Positions 53,933-64,000 of a stretch of DNA of 64,000 nucleotides are shown here, piece after piece. The DNA is from Gammaproteobacteria bacterium (GTDB taxonomy: Bacteria > Pseudomonadota > Gammaproteobacteria > Ga0077536), in NCBI GenBank assembly GCA_963662545.2, contig CAXXLL010000003.1:2560001-2624000 (forward strand), written 5' to 3'. The position numbers and the translations under genes are program-made. Below the pieces are notes generated by a model. The model was not told the origin of the DNA and made no database searches. It was given only the letters and a program-made list of their open reading frames with translations. Each line of letters starts with the position of its first letter. Position 1 is the first letter of the stretch.

Positions 53933-54068
53933 AGCGATGTTCTATGGATTAAGGGCGAGTTTAAGACGAAGCGATCCCTTCGGGTCGGTGCAGCGGCCGA
54001 GCAAGTGCCACGCGCGTGGTCGATCCCACAATGCACTCATTACATTCTAAGGTGGAAAGGGTCAGGCG

Positions 54069-54171
54069 CCGGAATCTCGACGGAAACCTAGTCGAGGTCC
54101 TTAAGCCCCATGACGAGCCGGACTTTCTCAGAGAAATTCGAGAAGTCATCGTGATGAAGGATCAGATCCAT
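54069..54171 (-). pseudogene. Degenerate duplicate of the GST 5' end
   Basis: Translates MDLILHHDDFSNFSEKVRLVMGLKDLD*, versus MDLILHHYDFSNFSEKVRLVMGLKDLDW for the gene starting at 46713. Confidence 0.88.
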
Positions 54172-54321
54172 TGTTTATTCAATTATGATTCCTAAACTGG
54201 GGAGGAACGCTTTCCACGAGTAAGACAACCGAGTATCTAACTTTGAGATAGGTTCTAGTTAATTGCAATATGAATGGTCAAGCTGTCAAAGCTTGGCCGT
54301 ACAAAAGCAAAAGGCTCGATC

Positions 54322-54576
54322 ATGGATTTATTTTTATGGATTGGAAGCGCAATCGGGGCGGTCCTCGGGTTGCTTCATGGTGCTTATCTCTATAGGAAGA
54401 TCACCGCGCGCGCTTCGGCCGCCGGCGCCGCGGGCATCAATGTCCGCGGCCTCTACTACGCCATATGGACCTTCGCCTTGTGGACCATTTTCGGATCCTA
54501 TGTTCTCGCTTTCTGGCTTGTCGGGAGCATCGGCAGCTTAACCGTCCGCTTGATTTCAAGGCGGAGTACGACCTGA
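54322..54576 (+). CDS. Small hypothetical membrane protein
   Basis: Two hydrophobic segments; lies directly upstream of the FMO gene. Confidence 0.55.
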   Translation: MDLFLWIGSAIGAVLGLLHGAYLYRKITARASAAGAAGINVRGLYYAIWTFALWTIFGSYVLAFWLVGSIGSLTVRLISRRSTT

Positions 54577-54633
54577 TCGCATTGTTTGCAACGGTACCCG
54601 CGCCCGATTGATAGTGATTGCGTGAACGGACGT

Positions 54634-56139
54634 ATGGATATGAAAGACATTAAGCGTGTCGGGATCATCGGGACCGGAGTCGCCGGGCTCGCCACGGCAA
54701 AAACTCTTATTGCGGAAGGGCTGGACTGCGTCCTGTTTGAGCGAAGCGATCGTCTGGGTGGCGTCTGGGCCGACGGTTATTCCAACTTCGGTGTGCAGGC
54801 GCCTAAAGAACTCTATCAATTTCCGGACTGGCCGCTGCCCGAGGACGTGCCGAACTTCACGCCGGGACCCATCTTTCAGCAATACCTAGAGGACTATGTC
54901 GACCACTTCAATTTCCGGGCTAGCATCCGTTTAAATTCGCCTGTGGCAAGCTTGGAGCGCCGAGCCACCGGTAAACCGGGCTGGACCTTGACCATAAACG
55001 GCGATGCCGGAAGCCAACGCGAAGACTTCGACCTCGTGGTGATCGCGACAGGCCTCTATTCCAACGTTGCCAATATGCCGTCCTTCCCTGGTGAGGCGGA
55101 ATATCGGGGCGTGATTCTGCACAATTCAGAGATCAAGACTCGGACCCCTCTAGCAGGGCGAAGCGTCGCGATAGTCGGATATGGAAAGAGCGCAGCCGAT
55201 ATTGCTTTCGAAGCGGCGGCGGTCGCCAAGGATGTTCACATTGTGTTTCGACAGGCCCATTGGCCGGTGCCGCGTATGCTCGCGCGTGTCCTGCCGATCA
55301 AATGGGGCTCGCTGAGCCGATTGGCGAGCACGTTTATACCACTGTATCAGCGCGCAAGCCCGGTGGAGCGATGGCTGCATAGCATCGGTAAACCCTTGGT
55401 ATGGATATTCTGGCGAATCCTCGAAATCATCATCTTCACGCAGCACCGCCTCGGGACCGAGATCGCAAACGGCAAGAACCTGCTTCCTTCGGCACCGTTT
55501 GAAATCGATGCCTTCGGCGAGTCCATCATGCTGGCGCGTCCCGAGTTCTATCCGCTGATCCGCGAAGGTCGTATATCGGCTCACCGCACGGAGATTGCCC
55601 GCTACACGCCCGACGGCGTCGCGCTCAAGGATGGCACCGAACTTACGGTTGACTGCGTCGTCCTGGCGACCGGGTGGAAAAGTGAATTCGAATACTTATC
55701 AGCCGACACGCGCGCTGCCTTGGGCACGGATGACGACGGCTTTTATCTTTACCGCCACATACTGTCCCCGGACCTGCCGAACCTGGCGTTCATTGGCCGC
55801 ACTACAAGCTTCGTCAGCGTACTCACTTACTGTCTGCAGGCGCGCTGGTTGGCCGAACTGATCGCGGGCCGGGTGGTCTTGCCGGAGCGAGAAGCCATGC
55901 TTCGGGAAATCGAAGAGATGAAGGCTTGGAAAAGATCGTGGATGCCTTTCAGCCCAGCGCGCGGTGCCCGTCTGTTTCTGCACGCACAGCATTACCACGA
56001 CGAACTAATGATGGAAATCGGGGCCGATCCACTGCGCAAGCGAGGACTGTTTGCGCCCCTGAAAGAGCTGTTCTCACCCTACGAGCCAGTTGACTACCAC
56101 GCGATCGTGGCCGGTGACTGGAATGATAGCGGGCCGTGA
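54634..56139 (+). CDS. Flavin-containing monooxygenase
   Basis: IIGTGVAGL, FE....GGVW, ATG, FMO-like Y.G...HNS, VGYGKSA.D and LATG. Confidence 0.9.
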   Translation: MDMKDIKRVGIIGTGVAGLATAKTLIAEGLDCVLFERSDRLGGVWADGYSNFGVQAPKELYQFPDWPLPEDVPNFTPGPIFQQYLEDYVDHFNFRASIRLNSPVASLERRATGKPGWTLTINGDAGSQREDFDLVVIATGLYSNVANMPSFPGEAEYRGVILHNSEIKTRTPLAGRSVAIVGYGKSAADIAFEAAAVAKDVHIVFRQAHWPVPRMLARVLPIKWGSLSRLASTFIPLYQRASPVERWLHSIGKPLVWIFWRILEIIIFTQHRLGTEIANGKNLLPSAPFEIDAFGESIMLARPEFYPLIREGRISAHRTEIARYTPDGVALKDGTELTVDCVVLATGWKSEFEYLSADTRAALGTDDDGFYLYRHILSPDLPNLAFIGRTTSFVSVLTYCLQARWLAELIAGRVVLPEREAMLREIEEMKAWKRSWMPFSPARGARLFLHAQHYHDELMMEIGADPLRKRGLFAPLKELFSPYEPVDYHAIVAGDWNDSGP

Positions 56140-56311
56140 CAACCATGCATCATTCGCGCTGATTTTTCGCCATGCTTGCCCGCCTGCCGCACGAAGGCGG
56201 TCGTGGCCACGCCTGGACGCGCCTGTCTTGCGCGGGACACCCGATGATATTTGCCACGACCTCAGCGTAGACAATGCACAACGCCTACACTAAGCCGTTC
56301 GGGAGGGGTGT

Positions 56312-59300
56312 ATGAGATTTTCTCAAGTCGTCGCGAATGCCGCTGCGTGGATTGAGCGCGAGGGGCGGGTCTCATATCGGGCGCTCAAACTCGAGTTCGA
56401 TCTTAACGATGAAGTTCTTGAAGCGCTCAAGCTCGAACTCATCGAGATAAGGGAACTCGCCGTCGACAAGGATGGCAAGATGCTCGTGTGGGCGGGTGCC
56501 ACACCCGAACGCGATGAAAACCATACTGTAAGCGGCGATGCACGCGAGCCATCCGCGCAGGCACCCCATTCCGCGTTGCATTCGCGCTCGTCGTTTATTG
56601 TTGGCGACGATCCGTATTTAGACGAAATGGACACCACGGCCGAGAGGCGCCACCTCACGGTCATGTTCTGTGATCTGGTCGGGTCGACGGCACTGTCGCA
56701 ACAGCTCGATCCGGAAGATCTGCGCAATGTCGTGCGCGCCTATCAGGAAGCCGCCGCTGAAATCATCAGCCGCGATGGTGGTTATGTCGCTCAATACCTG
56801 GGCGATGGACTGCTGGTGTATTTCGGCTATCCCCATGCCCATGAAGACGACGCGCGCCGCGCGGTCCATGCGGGGCTCGAGATTGTCGAGGCCATTAGAA
56901 AGACACGTATACCGTCCCAGGGTACAGACGAGGATCGGCACCTCGCAGTACGCATTGGTATCCATACCGGGCTCGTGGTCGTCGGCGAGATGGGTGGCGG
57001 CACCCGGCGCGAGCAACTGGCGCTCGGCGAAACCCCGAATGTCGCGGCGCGCATACAAGCCTCGGCGGCGCCGAATTCGGTGGTTGCCAGCGTCGCCACC
57101 ACGCGCTTGCTGGACCGCCTGGTCGTGCTGGAAGAACTCGGCACCCAGCAATTTGACGGCGTGGCGGAGCCGCTTGAGACATCTCGCGTGGTGCGCGTGC
57201 TCGACCAAGGTGACGACGATGACAGCAGCAACCCGGTACGTGCCGGGCAGATCCTGGTCGGACGGCACGATGAATTAGCGATATTGCTGCGGCGCTGGGA
57301 GCAGAGCAAGACCGGACGCGGGCATACGGTTTCGATCAGCGGTGAGGCCGGCACCGGTAAGACTGCCCTCGTGCGCGCTATAGCGGCGCACGTGGTCCGA
57401 GAGGGATGTACGCGCATTACCTTTCACTGTTCGCCCTATCACGCGAACAGCGCGCTCTACCCCCTCATCAAGAACTTGGAACGCATGTTCCGGTTCGAGC
57501 CAGACGAACCCGCGGATCAGAAACTGGAAAAACTCGAACGCTTGTTGGAGCGGTTCCACCGCTTCGATAACGAAGAAGTGATACCGCTGTTTGCGGATCT
57601 GTTGTCGATACCCATCGCGGACGAGCGTTATCCGCCGCTCAACTTGGGCCCCGAGCAACAGCGCCAGCGTACGCATGAAGCCCTCACGGCATGGATTGTG
57701 GGCGCGGCGAAACGCCGCCCGGTGCTGCTACTGTGGGAAGACGTACACCTGGCGGACCCCTCGACCCTGGAATTGCTCGAACTGTCGATCGAACAGACGC
57801 CGACGGTTCCCGTCTTTAACGTATTGACCTTCCGGCCGGAATTTTCGTCGCCGTGGCTGCGGCGTTCGCACGTAACTCCGATTACCCTCGACCGTCTGGA
57901 GCCGTCGCAAGTGGAGGTGATGATCACCTATCTGTCCGGCGGTAAGACTTTACCTACGCGCGTGGTGGAAGAGGTGATCAGTAAGACCGATGGCGTGCCC
58001 TTGTTCGTCGAGGAAGTGACCAAAGCGGTCTTGGAGTCAGGCTTTATCCGCGCCGTCGACGATCATTACGAACTTACGACCCCCACGTTACCATCCTTGG
58101 AGATCCCGGCGACCCTGCAGGACATACTCATGGCGCGCTTGGATCGCCGACCCGAAGTGCGTGAAGTGGCGCAGTTAGGCGCGGTGCTCGGTCGTGAATT
58201 CACCTACGAGATGCTTGCGGCGTTAACGAACGTAGACGATACGGAATTGCTCGACCGGTTGGAGCAACTAGTGGATGGGGATTTGCTCTATCAGCAAGGC
58301 AGGCCACCGCGGGCGACATACTTTTTCAGGCACGCGCTGATTCAAGACGCCGCCTATCAATCGTTGTTGCGCAGTGTGCGGCAACACTATCACCGGCAAA
58401 TCTCGGCGCTGTTCGAAAAACAGTTTCCGGATTTGGTATCGGCGCAGCCCGAAGTCGTGGCGCATCACTACACGGAGGGCGGGCGCATCGAGCAGGCTAT
58501 CCCGTACTGGCTGCAAGCCGGTGAGCGGGCTACCCAACGGTCGGACAACGCCGAAGCGGTCGGCCATCTCACCAAGGGCCTGGAAATACTCGCGACTGCG
58601 CCCGCCACGCCGCCGTACATGCAACTAGAACTCGCGCTGATAAAGGCGCTGGGGGCGCCCTTTATGATCACCAAGGGCTGGGGCTCACCGGACGTCGAGC
58701 GCGTATTCAATCGTGCGCGTGAGCTGTGTCTGCACTTAGGGGAGACGCAGCAGCTTTACGGCGTACTGGCGAGTCTGTGGGTATTTCATCTCAGCGGGAA
58801 AACGCAACTTAGCGACGCGCAGGATCTCGCGGACCAACTGCTCGAATTGGCGCGGGATGCAGACGATCCAAACCTGCTATTGCAAGGCCATCTGGCGACG
58901 GCGATTACGCGATTCTACCGCGGGGAACTGGCGGCGACGCGCGCTCATACCCGCGAGGGACTCGAGTATTACGACGTCAAGCGCGATCATTCCCTGGTGT
59001 CGGTAGCCGGGCTGGACGTGGGGGTGGTCGGGCACGCCTATGATGCGCTGAGCTTGTGGTTGGTTGGGTATCCAGACCAGGCACGCCATGCCCTTGCCAA
59101 GGGCTTGAAGCTGGCCCATGAACTGGGGCACCCCTACACCCACGCATGGGTCTTAATCATGGCAGCGATATTTCATACCCTGGAACGCGACATGGAAGCG
59201 GCGGATGCTCAGGCAGGGGCCGCTATCGCGCGCGCTACCGAGTTTGGGTTCGCGCAATTAGTAGCCTGGGGATCCATTCTGCAAGGGCTTAAACTCGCCG

Positions 59301-59800
59301 AGCAGGGACAGTATGAAAGCAGCATGGCGCAGATGACGAAAGGCCTGGAGAACTACAAAGCCTCCGGATTAGAGGTTCGACTACCCTTTTATCTCGCCCA
59401 ATTGGCCGAGGTGCACCGCCAATCGGGCGTTGAAGAAGACGGTATGGCCATATTGGACGAAGCATTGGAAATCAGCAGGCGGCGGGGCGATGCATGGTAT
59501 GAAGCAGAGCTCCATCGGCTAATGGGTGAGTTGAGCGCGCCGTCACAGGGAGCGCAGGCCACCGCCCCGGCGCGACGGAAAGCGGAAGCGTGTTTTCACA
59601 AAAGCTTGGAAATCGCGCGGCGACAAAGTGCGAAATCACTTGAACTGCGGACCGCCATAAGCCTTGCGCAGTTGTGGCAGCGTCACGACAAGCGCGTCGA
59701 AGCGCGGCAGTTGCTCTCGGATATTTACAACTCATTCAGTGAAGGCTTCGACACCAAAGATTTACAGGAGGCAAAGGCGTTGTTGGAAGAGTTAGAGTAG
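56312..59800 (+). CDS. Class III cyclase-AAA (STAND) ATPase-TPR protein
   Basis: ERR.LTVMFCDLVGST, YLGDG, RIGIHTG and PNVAAR; Walker A GEAGTGKT; Walker B LLWED; GVPLFVEE; F.HAL.QD.AY; TPR tail ending EGFDT.DL. Confidence 0.9.
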   Translation: MRFSQVVANAAAWIEREGRVSYRALKLEFDLNDEVLEALKLELIEIRELAVDKDGKMLVWAGATPERDENHTVSGDAREPSAQAPHSALHSRSSFIVGDDPYLDEMDTTAERRHLTVMFCDLVGSTALSQQLDPEDLRNVVRAYQEAAAEIISRDGGYVAQYLGDGLLVYFGYPHAHEDDARRAVHAGLEIVEAIRKTRIPSQGTDEDRHLAVRIGIHTGLVVVGEMGGGTRREQLALGETPNVAARIQASAAPNSVVASVATTRLLDRLVVLEELGTQQFDGVAEPLETSRVVRVLDQGDDDDSSNPVRAGQILVGRHDELAILLRRWEQSKTGRGHTVSISGEAGTGKTALVRAIAAHVVREGCTRITFHCSPYHANSALYPLIKNLERMFRFEPDEPADQKLEKLERLLERFHRFDNEEVIPLFADLLSIPIADERYPPLNLGPEQQRQRTHEALTAWIVGAAKRRPVLLLWEDVHLADPSTLELLELSIEQTPTVPVFNVLTFRPEFSSPWLRRSHVTPITLDRLEPSQVEVMITYLSGGKTLPTRVVEEVISKTDGVPLFVEEVTKAVLESGFIRAVDDHYELTTPTLPSLEIPATLQDILMARLDRRPEVREVAQLGAVLGREFTYEMLAALTNVDDTELLDRLEQLVDGDLLYQQGRPPRATYFFRHALIQDAAYQSLLRSVRQHYHRQISALFEKQFPDLVSAQPEVVAHHYTEGGRIEQAIPYWLQAGERATQRSDNAEAVGHLTKGLEILATAPATPPYMQLELALIKALGAPFMITKGWGSPDVERVFNRARELCLHLGETQQLYGVLASLWVFHLSGKTQLSDAQDLADQLLELARDADDPNLLLQGHLATAITRFYRGELAATRAHTREGLEYYDVKRDHSLVSVAGLDVGVVGHAYDALSLWLVGYPDQARHALAKGLKLAHELGHPYTHAWVLIMAAIFHTLERDMEAADAQAGAAIARATEFGFAQLVAWGSILQGLKLAEQGQYESSMAQMTKGLENYKASGLEVRLPFYLAQLAEVHRQSGVEEDGMAILDEALEISRRRGDAWYEAELHRLMGELSAPSQGAQATAPARRKAEACFHKSLEIARRQSAKSLELRTAISLAQLWQRHDKRVEARQLLSDIYNSFSEGFDTKDLQEAKALLEELE

Positions 59801-59948
59801 ACCTATCGCGATTGCCAATGAGTTTTAAAAAACAATATACCCAAGGCAAAAGTTTTATCCTTTGCGATCGTTGCACGGCGCGACCGGAACGAGCAACGTG
59901 ATACGCTTGGATGTCTTGAAAGAATAATATCGCCGAGAGGGAGCAACC

Positions 59949-61133
59949 ATGCCCGGGCCACTTCAAGGTATTCGCATACTCGATCTATCCAATGTCGTAT
60001 CGGGCCCGATGGCCGTGCAGATTCTTGCGGATCAAGGCGCCGATGTCATTAAAGTCGAACAACCCCACGACGGCGATATTTCCCGCCAGGCTGGCGCCCG
60101 GCGCGGCGGAGTATCGGCCCTGTTTACGGTATTGAACCGCAATAAGCGCTCGATCGTTCTTGACCTGCAACAGGCATCGGCAAAAGAAGTGATGTTCGAA
60201 TTGGTAAAGACCGCGGACGTTCTGGTCCAGAATTTCAGGCCGGGCGCGATGGAACGCATGGGTCTGGGATACAAGGTCTTATCGGAACTCAACGCCGATT
60301 TGATCTACGTTTCGATCAGCGGCTTTGGTGCAGACGGCCCGTATTCCAATCGCCGCGTCTACGATCCGGTCATTCAAGGGATCACGGGTTACGCAAGCAC
60401 GCAAACGGTTGCACGATCAGATACGCCCGATCTAGTCAAAAATATCGTATGCGACAAAGCGACCGCGCTGACTGCGTCACAGGCGATTACGGCTGCGCTG
60501 TTCGCACGCGAGCGCGGCAGCGGCGGCCAACATGTAGAAGTCGCGATGCTCGACGCCGGGCTATCTTTCCTCTGGCCGGATGGTATGTGGAACCACACTT
60601 TCATTGGCGACGGTGTCGAGCCGATGCCTCGGCTCAGTGATATCTATCGCGTAACCAAAACGATGGACGGCTACATCACCTATATAGCTGTATCCAACGT
60701 GGAATGGTGTGCGATGTGCCGGGTAATCAACCGGCAAGAGCTAGGTCTCGATCCGAAATTCGCGACGCTGGCGTCACGGCTAAAAAACATCGACGAACTC
60801 GGTAATATTCTGGACACTGAACTGAGCAAATGGCGAACGGACGAAATTTGCCGGCGATTAGACGCAGAAGAAGTCCCCTTTGCGAAGGTCAATGCCTTGG
60901 ACGAAGTGGCAGACGATCCACAGATTCGCCACCGTAACTCGATCAGGGAGATGGAGCACGAGCACGGCGGCACGCTACGGCTACCGAACCCACCTGCCAG
61001 GTTTGGGCGCACACCTTCCGAAATCCGTTTTCTATCACCGATGTTGGGGCAGCATACCGATCAAATACTCGCCGAGCTCGGCCGCTCCGACGCCGAGATT
61101 GCAAACTTACGCGCGGCCGGCGCCGTAAAATGA
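59949..61133 (+). CDS. CaiB/BaiF family III CoA-transferase
   Basis: PL.GIRILDL, LAD.GADVIKVE, NRNKRS, NFRPG, SISGFG..GP, catalytic YD and P.LGQHT. Confidence 0.93.
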   Translation: MPGPLQGIRILDLSNVVSGPMAVQILADQGADVIKVEQPHDGDISRQAGARRGGVSALFTVLNRNKRSIVLDLQQASAKEVMFELVKTADVLVQNFRPGAMERMGLGYKVLSELNADLIYVSISGFGADGPYSNRRVYDPVIQGITGYASTQTVARSDTPDLVKNIVCDKATALTASQAITAALFARERGSGGQHVEVAMLDAGLSFLWPDGMWNHTFIGDGVEPMPRLSDIYRVTKTMDGYITYIAVSNVEWCAMCRVINRQELGLDPKFATLASRLKNIDELGNILDTELSKWRTDEICRRLDAEEVPFAKVNALDEVADDPQIRHRNSIREMEHEHGGTLRLPNPPARFGRTPSEIRFLSPMLGQHTDQILAELGRSDAEIANLRAAGAVK

Positions 61134-61161
61134 AGGTGAAGCGTGCCGGCTTTTGAATTTA

Positions 61162-62469
61162 TTATTTCCCTTGTTTGCGCATGTTTTGCACCGAGAATAC
61201 CGGCGGCTGATTCTGCTCGGAATTGATGATGCTGCGAAACTGCAGCGAGGTGCAGTGCTCTGACTGCTCGTCGACGAGACCCGCCATGGTTTCCACGGGC
61301 ACACCGGCGCCCTTGTTCAGCGGATGATGGAAGTCCGAATGGCTCTTGCTGATGTACTGGTACTTCCAGAACTGGCCTTTCTTATCCCAGATGTGGAGCA
61401 TGGGCATTACCATCGTTTCGGCATCGAGATAAATATCGCGATGTGACAAGGGATGGTTGTCGTCCTTCGGGCGGCCGATTAGAACGTGCATCTTACGCAG
61501 CTGCCAGGGCACGTCCGGAAAGCAATTGCCAGCGCCCTTGTTCTTCGCAAATTTGAAGCCGTCCGGCGTGTTGGGCGCCTCGGGTTCGAGTTCGATCTCG
61601 CTGTGCTTGTAAAAAGGCGCGAGCAAATTCCTGGTGCCGCCGTATTCCCAGTTATAGTCCGAGATGCGGCCGTTATAACCCTCGAAATCCTCGATCATGA
61701 TGTCGGTGCCGAGAAAGGCGTCGGTCCGCTGGCCCGTCGCCAGGCGACGGACGCGGCGTTGAAATCCCAGATAAAGCCAGGCGTCGTCGCGCCGCAGGTC
61801 GTCCTTGTAGCGGTGGATCAGAAGCTGCGTGTTCTTCAGGTCAAACGGAGCCAGCACGCGGCTGTAACCCGAACGGTAAATGCCAGCGGTATTGGTACCG
61901 AACGCCGGTTTGGGGTCGAACACCACCCGGTGCATCCAGTTCATGAAATGCCATTCAAATTTCAGCACTCTTTCGGATTTTCCTGTCTTGATGTTCCGAT
62001 AGGTCCACCAGAACGGATGAATGGTCTCGCTGTCGCCGGCGTTGAAGCCATACTGGTAATTCCACACCAGCTTGAGGCCCGCTTCTGGGTCGTCTGGATT
62101 CGGTTCCTCTGGAAAGGCGCGGCCCGCCGTGTAGCCGGTCAGCCTGCCGTGCTCGTCAAAGCCGATATTGCCGATGTTGGCGCGGCTCGCCTCGATGTAA
62201 TTCGGGTGCAATGGAAAGGGTACGGTCTCGATGACGTCGATGTCGTACCATCCTTTCTTGATAAAGCGGAACATCGCGCTGTCGAGGACGTCCTCGAACT
62301 CATCGACGTTTGTCTCGTTGATCACCATGCCCGGTTCGAGCCCGGGAAACGTCGGCACCCCGTCCCGATACGGATAGAAAGAATCTTCGAAGGCATCGGC
62401 CAGAATGGTCACGGGCGCCAGACACGTCAGTACGAAGAAGAAAACTAAAGCCAGTGAAATTTTCTGCAT
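61162..62469 (-). CDS. DUF1329 family exported protein
   Basis: GGAGG RBS and signal peptide; G.AFP, AP.DLK, DD.WLY....RRVRRL...QRTDAFLGTD...ED..GYNG. Confidence 0.82.
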   Translation of the reverse strand: MQKISLALVFFFVLTCLAPVTILADAFEDSFYPYRDGVPTFPGLEPGMVINETNVDEFEDVLDSAMFRFIKKGWYDIDVIETVPFPLHPNYIEASRANIGNIGFDEHGRLTGYTAGRAFPEEPNPDDPEAGLKLVWNYQYGFNAGDSETIHPFWWTYRNIKTGKSERVLKFEWHFMNWMHRVVFDPKPAFGTNTAGIYRSGYSRVLAPFDLKNTQLLIHRYKDDLRRDDAWLYLGFQRRVRRLATGQRTDAFLGTDIMIEDFEGYNGRISDYNWEYGGTRNLLAPFYKHSEIELEPEAPNTPDGFKFAKNKGAGNCFPDVPWQLRKMHVLIGRPKDDNHPLSHRDIYLDAETMVMPMLHIWDKKGQFWKYQYISKSHSDFHHPLNKGAGVPVETMAGLVDEQSEHCTSLQFRSIINSEQNQPPVFSVQNMRKQGK

Positions 62470-62536
62470 GATGCACCTCCAACCAGCATGTCGATGCCTG
62501 GACGCCATCGTGGCCTCCAGGAGGCCGACATCCATC

Positions 62537-63997
62537 CTATCTTAATGCAAATCTAGCCGTATTGACCGCAGTTTCTCCGAGTTCGCGCAGTACCTCGAGG
62601 AGGTGCTCCACGTGGCACGCTTCGGTGCGGTGATTGACGCAGCAAGCGCGTACAGCAAAACGACCCCGCACCATGGTTCCGGCGACGAAGATTCGCGCGT
62701 CTGTTTCAGTGCGTGCAAGCAATTCCCGGTTCAGTTCATCGAGTGACTGCTCGCTGACTTCATCCCCGTCCGGCCGGTATCGAAAACACACGACCGACAA
62801 TCCCGGCGACGCCATCAATTCGAAATCGTCAGCCGTCTCGATCAGGCTCGCAAGGTACTTCATGACGGTAATATTGTCTTCGATCGCATCGCGCAGGGCG
62901 TCCGCGCCGTAGGCCTTGAACGTCATCCACGTCTTCAGGGCACGGAAGCTGCGGGTCAACTGGAAGGTCGAATCCATCAGGTCAAAGCGTTCTTCGCCGT
63001 CGCCGGGTTGTTGCAGGTAGGGCGCGTCCACGCCGAACGTCGCCGTGAGTGCTTCGGCTTCACGCACGAGGATGCAGCCTACGTCCAGCGGGACGTACAG
63101 CCATTTGTGCGGGTCGAGCGCCACTGAATCGGCCCGCTCGAGTCCTCGGAAAAGGTGACCCGCGCTCGGCGTCGCCGCCGCCGGTCCGCCATAGGCAGCA
63201 TCTACGTGGAACCAAAGGGCCTCGCGCTCGCAGAGATCGGCCAGCGCATCCAGGGAATCGACCGCACCCGAATTGACCGTGCCGCCGTTGCCGACGACGC
63301 AGATCGGATGCTTTCCCGCGGCGCGATCCGCCGTCAGTATCCGGGTCAGTGAATCGAGGTCGATGGTGTCATCCTCGCCGACCGGAACCTTGCGCAACTG
63401 CTCGGTGCCCAGACCCAGCATGTCCACCGCTTTGTCCAGGCAAGAGTGTCCGGCCGCCGAGACGTACACGGTCAACGGCGGGCCGGCCGCCGCCCCCTTC
63501 ACGCGAACGTCGAAGGGCGCGCGACGCGCGCGGGCCGCGGCGAGTGCGGTGAGGTTGGCCATACTGCCGCCGCTGACGAGCGTGCCGCCCGCGTCCGCTG
63601 GATAACCGATGAATTCCGCTATCCACCGGATCACCACCCGTTCAATCTCGGTGGCCGACGCGCCCAGATGCCACTTTGCTGCCGTCTGGTTCAGCGCCGC
63701 TCCCAGCAACTCCGCGATGATGCCGGCGTGTGTGCCGCCGGACAATACGTAGGCGAAGAAATGCGGGCTTACATTCAGGGTCGCTGCACCATAGACATCC
63801 GCCGCAACTCGCTTGAGCAGCTGTTCCATATCGGCCTTGTGCCGCGGCAGCGGTTCGTCGAACGTTCGCCGGACAGCGGAAGGGGACCTCGTATGGAACG
63901 GTGGTCTGGTATTGACGTCGTCATATAACTTGGCCGCAATCTCGGCAGCTTGCTTGAGCAGCACGCGCAATTCGCCAGGCGGGTAATCGAGACTCAC
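62537..63997 (-). CDS. Group II PLP-dependent amino acid decarboxylase
   Basis: P.FFAYV, SGGSMAN, H.C..KA..LGLG, GTVNSGAVD, HVDAAYGG, DPHKW (PLP lysine) and R.FRALK.W. Confidence 0.92.
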   Translation of the reverse strand: MSLDYPPGELRVLLKQAAEIAAKLYDDVNTRPPFHTRSPSAVRRTFDEPLPRHKADMEQLLKRVAADVYGAATLNVSPHFFAYVLSGGTHAGIIAELLGAALNQTAAKWHLGASATEIERVVIRWIAEFIGYPADAGGTLVSGGSMANLTALAAARARRAPFDVRVKGAAAGPPLTVYVSAAGHSCLDKAVDMLGLGTEQLRKVPVGEDDTIDLDSLTRILTADRAAGKHPICVVGNGGTVNSGAVDSLDALADLCEREALWFHVDAAYGGPAAATPSAGHLFRGLERADSVALDPHKWLYVPLDVGCILVREAEALTATFGVDAPYLQQPGDGEERFDLMDSTFQLTRSFRALKTWMTFKAYGADALRDAIEDNITVMKYLASLIETADDFELMASPGLSVVCFRYRPDGDEVSEQSLDELNRELLARTETDARIFVAGTMVRGRFAVRACCVNHRTEACHVEHLLEVLRELGETAVNTARFALR

Positions 63998-64000
63998 CGT

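Larger units (their letters stand above)
46611..54171. mobile_element. Putative island bounded by ~103-bp direct repeats of the GST 5' end
   Basis: 46611-46713 is repeated with mismatches at 54069-54171. The interval holds a Y1 transposase remnant, surface-protein genes and a two-component pair. Confidence 0.6.

Overview
GC-rich proteobacterial chromosomal window, probably Gammaproteobacteria, dense in catabolic and signalling genes; no rRNA, tRNA or CRISPR array seen. From left to right: a partial IS256 element inserted into the 5' end of a 7-GAF histidine kinase / response regulator / REC-cyclase operon; a split urea-carboxylase-like biotin cluster; a VWA + DnaJ pair; glpQ-glpK-glpD with a MITE; an aromatic funnel (pcaIJHG-pobA-pcaBDC-CYP199A-like P450, divergent from a VAO/PCMH-family flavocytochrome with unusual His-type FAD site); an orphan 2-aminophenol 1,6-dioxygenase amnBA; a ydbH/ydbL-like pair; a ~7.5 kb island flanked by a 103-bp duplication of a GST 5' end, carrying a decayed REP-associated (Y1) transposase, two PEP-CTERM-type surface proteins and a two-component pair; then an FMO, a STAND cyclase, a CoA-transferase, a DUF1329 protein and a PLP decarboxylase. 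The most unusual signals are non-coding: dispersed paired ~25-nt degenerate palindromes next to small stand-alone genes, and REP-like inverted motifs bracketing foreign-looking cargo. Four genes carry lesions that may be real decay or assembly error. All assignments are from motif recognition by eye; no searches were run.
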